Source of the DNA: Eledone cirrhosa
Taxonomy: Eukaryota
DNA: 64,000 nt
Assembly: GCA_964016885.1 (NCBI GenBank)
Contig: OZ024749.1
Coordinates: forward strand, 42,904,001 to 42,968,000
Direction of reading: 5' to 3'
The notes under the pieces were generated by a model, which saw only the letters and a program-made list of their open reading frames with translations, ran no database searches and was not told the DNA's origin. A program made the position numbers and the translations under genes. Below, piece after piece: positions 61,092 through 64,000 of the stretch; position 1 is the first letter of the stretch; every line of letters begins with the position of its first letter.

Positions 61092-61133
<42 letters not shown>

Positions 61134-61134
<1 letters not shown>

Positions 61135-61480
61135 TAGAAGGGTTAGTTAATTTGTTGGAAGTCCGACAAATATAAATGTTTATGACTGATTTAGAGCACT
61201 CAACAGTTTACTGGAGTAAATATTCAATGATATTAAATAAATGGAAACTATATTTATAAAAGCATATTTATTTTATTATATATATTTCAAGGGTATCAAG
61301 ACACATTGGTACTATCCAGTGAATATCCAACCGATAAGGTATGTATTTCATGGGTATGTCTCCATTTATAAAACAAACTTTGTATTTTATCTGATGAAAG
61401 TGTACCAACGTTGTCTTGGTACCCTTGAAATATATATAAATGGTTTTATAAATATAGTTTCCATTTATTTAATATCATTG
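61134..61480. mobile_element. (TA)n-embedded HHR element, family D, with inverted duplication
   Basis: CTGATGA at 61391 and GAAA at 61427. Segment ~61225-61311 is the reverse complement of ~61402-61480. Confidence 0.7.
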
Positions 61481-61547
61481 TATATAAATATATATATATA
61501 TATATATATGTATATACATATACATATATATACATATACATACATAC

Positions 61548-61600
<53 letters not shown>

Positions 61601-61763
61601 CATACATATATGCATAATATATATATATGGTGTCCCCCGAAAAATGTATAATCATTGTATAATCATTGCCCTGTTCAGGCAATATTTATTAGAATGCTGT
61701 TGAATTGTGTTTACAATTTTTTTTGGCGGGACACCCTTATATAAACGTATATGTATATATATA

Positions 61764-61802
<39 letters not shown>

Positions 61803-61931
61803 ACACACACATATATATATATATATATATTACACTACACACACATATACATATATTACATTACACACACACATATACTTATATATTACACACTCACACA
61901 CACATATATATATATTACACACAAACACACG

Positions 61932-62041
<110 letters not shown>

Positions 62042-62509
62042 TAGATAGATACATAGATAGATATGTTTCTTTTATTTGCCACCAGGGCATCAAAAGTGGG
62101 ACAAGTACAATGGGGGGAGTTTACAAAACAAGGCGTCCTCAATAAGGAGGAGGCAATAACAATATATAAAACTAAAATAAAATATAACAAAAAATAAAAT
62201 TTATAACAAAGATAGATAGATAGATAGATAGATACATAGATTTATAACAAAGATAGATAGATAGATAGATTTCTTTATTAGCCACAAGGGCGCAACAAGA
62301 AAGGGACAATATAAGACAAAGATAGATAGATAGATAGATAGACAGATCGATAGATATCAGGTAAAACTGCCTGATCCAGTTAGCGAGCAGGTAAAACTCC
62401 AGAGTAAGAAAGTTCACCATTTAGTTATAATAAATGAATATACATACATATTACAGAGAGTGAGGGGGATGTGTGTGTGTGAGAGAGAGAGAGAGAGGGT
62501 GTGTGTGTT

Positions 62510-62540
<31 letters not shown>

Positions 62541-62701
62541 CGCGCAGGTAGGTAGAAGGAGATACTTGATAAGTGTGACTCGACCTGAAACTAGTAAAGA
62601 TACCATTTCATAATTTCACGTCTGAGTGCTGAAGTACCCACCATAGAACGGAGTCTAGCTATGGCTAATTCTATGTCTACCGCTTTGTGTATGGCTGTGT
62701 A

Positions 62702-62898
<197 letters not shown>

Positions 62899-62904
62899 GC
62901 TAGT

Positions 62905-63470
62905 GAAGGCGTGTGGCTGAGTGGTTAGAGAAATGGATTCGCAATTGTAAGGTTGTGAGTTCGATTCCTGGACCAGGCGATGCGTTATGTCCTTGAGCAA
63001 GACACTTTATTTCACGTTGCTCCTTCTACCTGGAGTTGCGACCGATAGATAGTATTAGCAATTGGAAAGACCAACGGAAACATTGTTCCCTCGGTCCGAT
63101 TTGACGAAAGTCGAGCGTCTAAAAAAAAAAAAAAAAAAAGTATATGGCTCAGTGGATAGAGCATTGGCCTTGCAATCGAAAGGTTGTGAGTTCAATTCTC
63201 AGACCGGGTGATGTGTTGTTTCCTTGAGCAAGACACTTTATTTCACATTGCTCCAGTTTACTCAGCTGTAGAAATGAGATGATAGGACTGGGGTCCATAT
63301 CATTCCACTGCAAAGTGGTCATGGAGGTGCCACGGCAAAAAAGCACCCAGCACTCACTGTAAATGAGGTTGGTGTTAGGAAGGGCATCCAGCTGTAGAAA
63401 TCAAGCCAGAATCAATTCCCGTCCCGCCCTTGCAAGCAGGGAAACAGCGGACGTAAAATGAAATGATGAT
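62905..63470 (+). mobile_element. Two tRNA-headed SINEs of a second family (CORE-like ccttgagcaagacact domain); the second has an RTE-derived tail
   Basis: A boxes tggctgagtgg/tggctcagtgg and B boxes gagttcgattcc/gagttcaattct. A minus-strand copy lies at 22700-22855 and a degenerate one at 27800-27925. Confidence 0.75.
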
Positions 63471-63500
63471 ATATATATATACAAATATATATATATATAT

Positions 63501-63742
63501 GTAGAGGTTATATTTAATTTGTTGGAATACAACAAGCAAAATATGTTTATAACTGATATAAAGCACTCAACAAATATATCCAGAATGGTTGCATTTTTTA
63601 AGGGTATGTCAATATTTATTTATAAAACTAACCTATATTATATTTTATCTGAAAGCGCACCATAGTTTGCTCTGGTGGCCGTTGAAATATGTATAATGAA
63701 ATAAATATGGTTTTCATAAATATAGTTTCCATTTGTTAATAT

Positions 63743-63748
<6 letters not shown>
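63501..63748. mobile_element. (TA)n-embedded HHR element, family D, degenerate core
   Basis: Homologous to 51223-51501. The core is reduced to CTGA by a 3-nt deletion near 63649. Confidence 0.65.
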
Positions 63749-63782
<34 letters not shown>

Positions 63783-64000
63783 TATATAAATATATGATAT
63801 ATATATATATATAAATATATGATATATATATATAAATATATATATAAATATATGATATATATATATAAATATATGATATATATATAAATATGATATATAT
63901 AAATATATGATATATATATATATATATATGATATACATATATGATATATATATATATGATATATATATATATATGATATATATATATGATATATGATATA

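Noticed and set aside
62905-63210. tRNA genes suggested by A and B boxes
   Set aside because: No complete cloverleaf, and the sequence continues into SINE body.

Overview
Eukaryotic, very AT-rich DNA saturated with microsatellites. The SINE/LINE repertoire and microsatellite density look like an octopod cephalopod genome (inference from recalled repeat motifs, not a database result). Almost every ORF in the track is a (TA)n/(CA)n/trinucleotide artefact. Real content: (1) one probable host coding exon on the minus strand (42714-42789, signal-peptide-like, GTAAG donor), which implies most of the left ~42 kb is intron; (2) about 30 copies of a tRNA-type SINE, often in head-to-tail arrays, plus fragments of R4/Dong and RTE LINEs, a dimeric bipartite RTE derivative, Tc1/mariner MITEs and several minisatellites; (3) the main finding: at least five families of short (~150-350 bp) non-coding elements embedded in (TA)n tracts that carry type I hammerhead ribozyme (HHR) motifs. 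These show covarying stems, palindromic loop III sequences, a recurrent non-canonical CAGAAGA core in one family, a shared 3' motif and frequent 5' inversion or fold-back at the ribozyme. One family forms a 4-copy ~200-bp tandem array of intact HHRs. They resemble non-autonomous Penelope-like (pLTR) or retrozyme-like elements. All RNA folds were read by eye and no activity has been tested.
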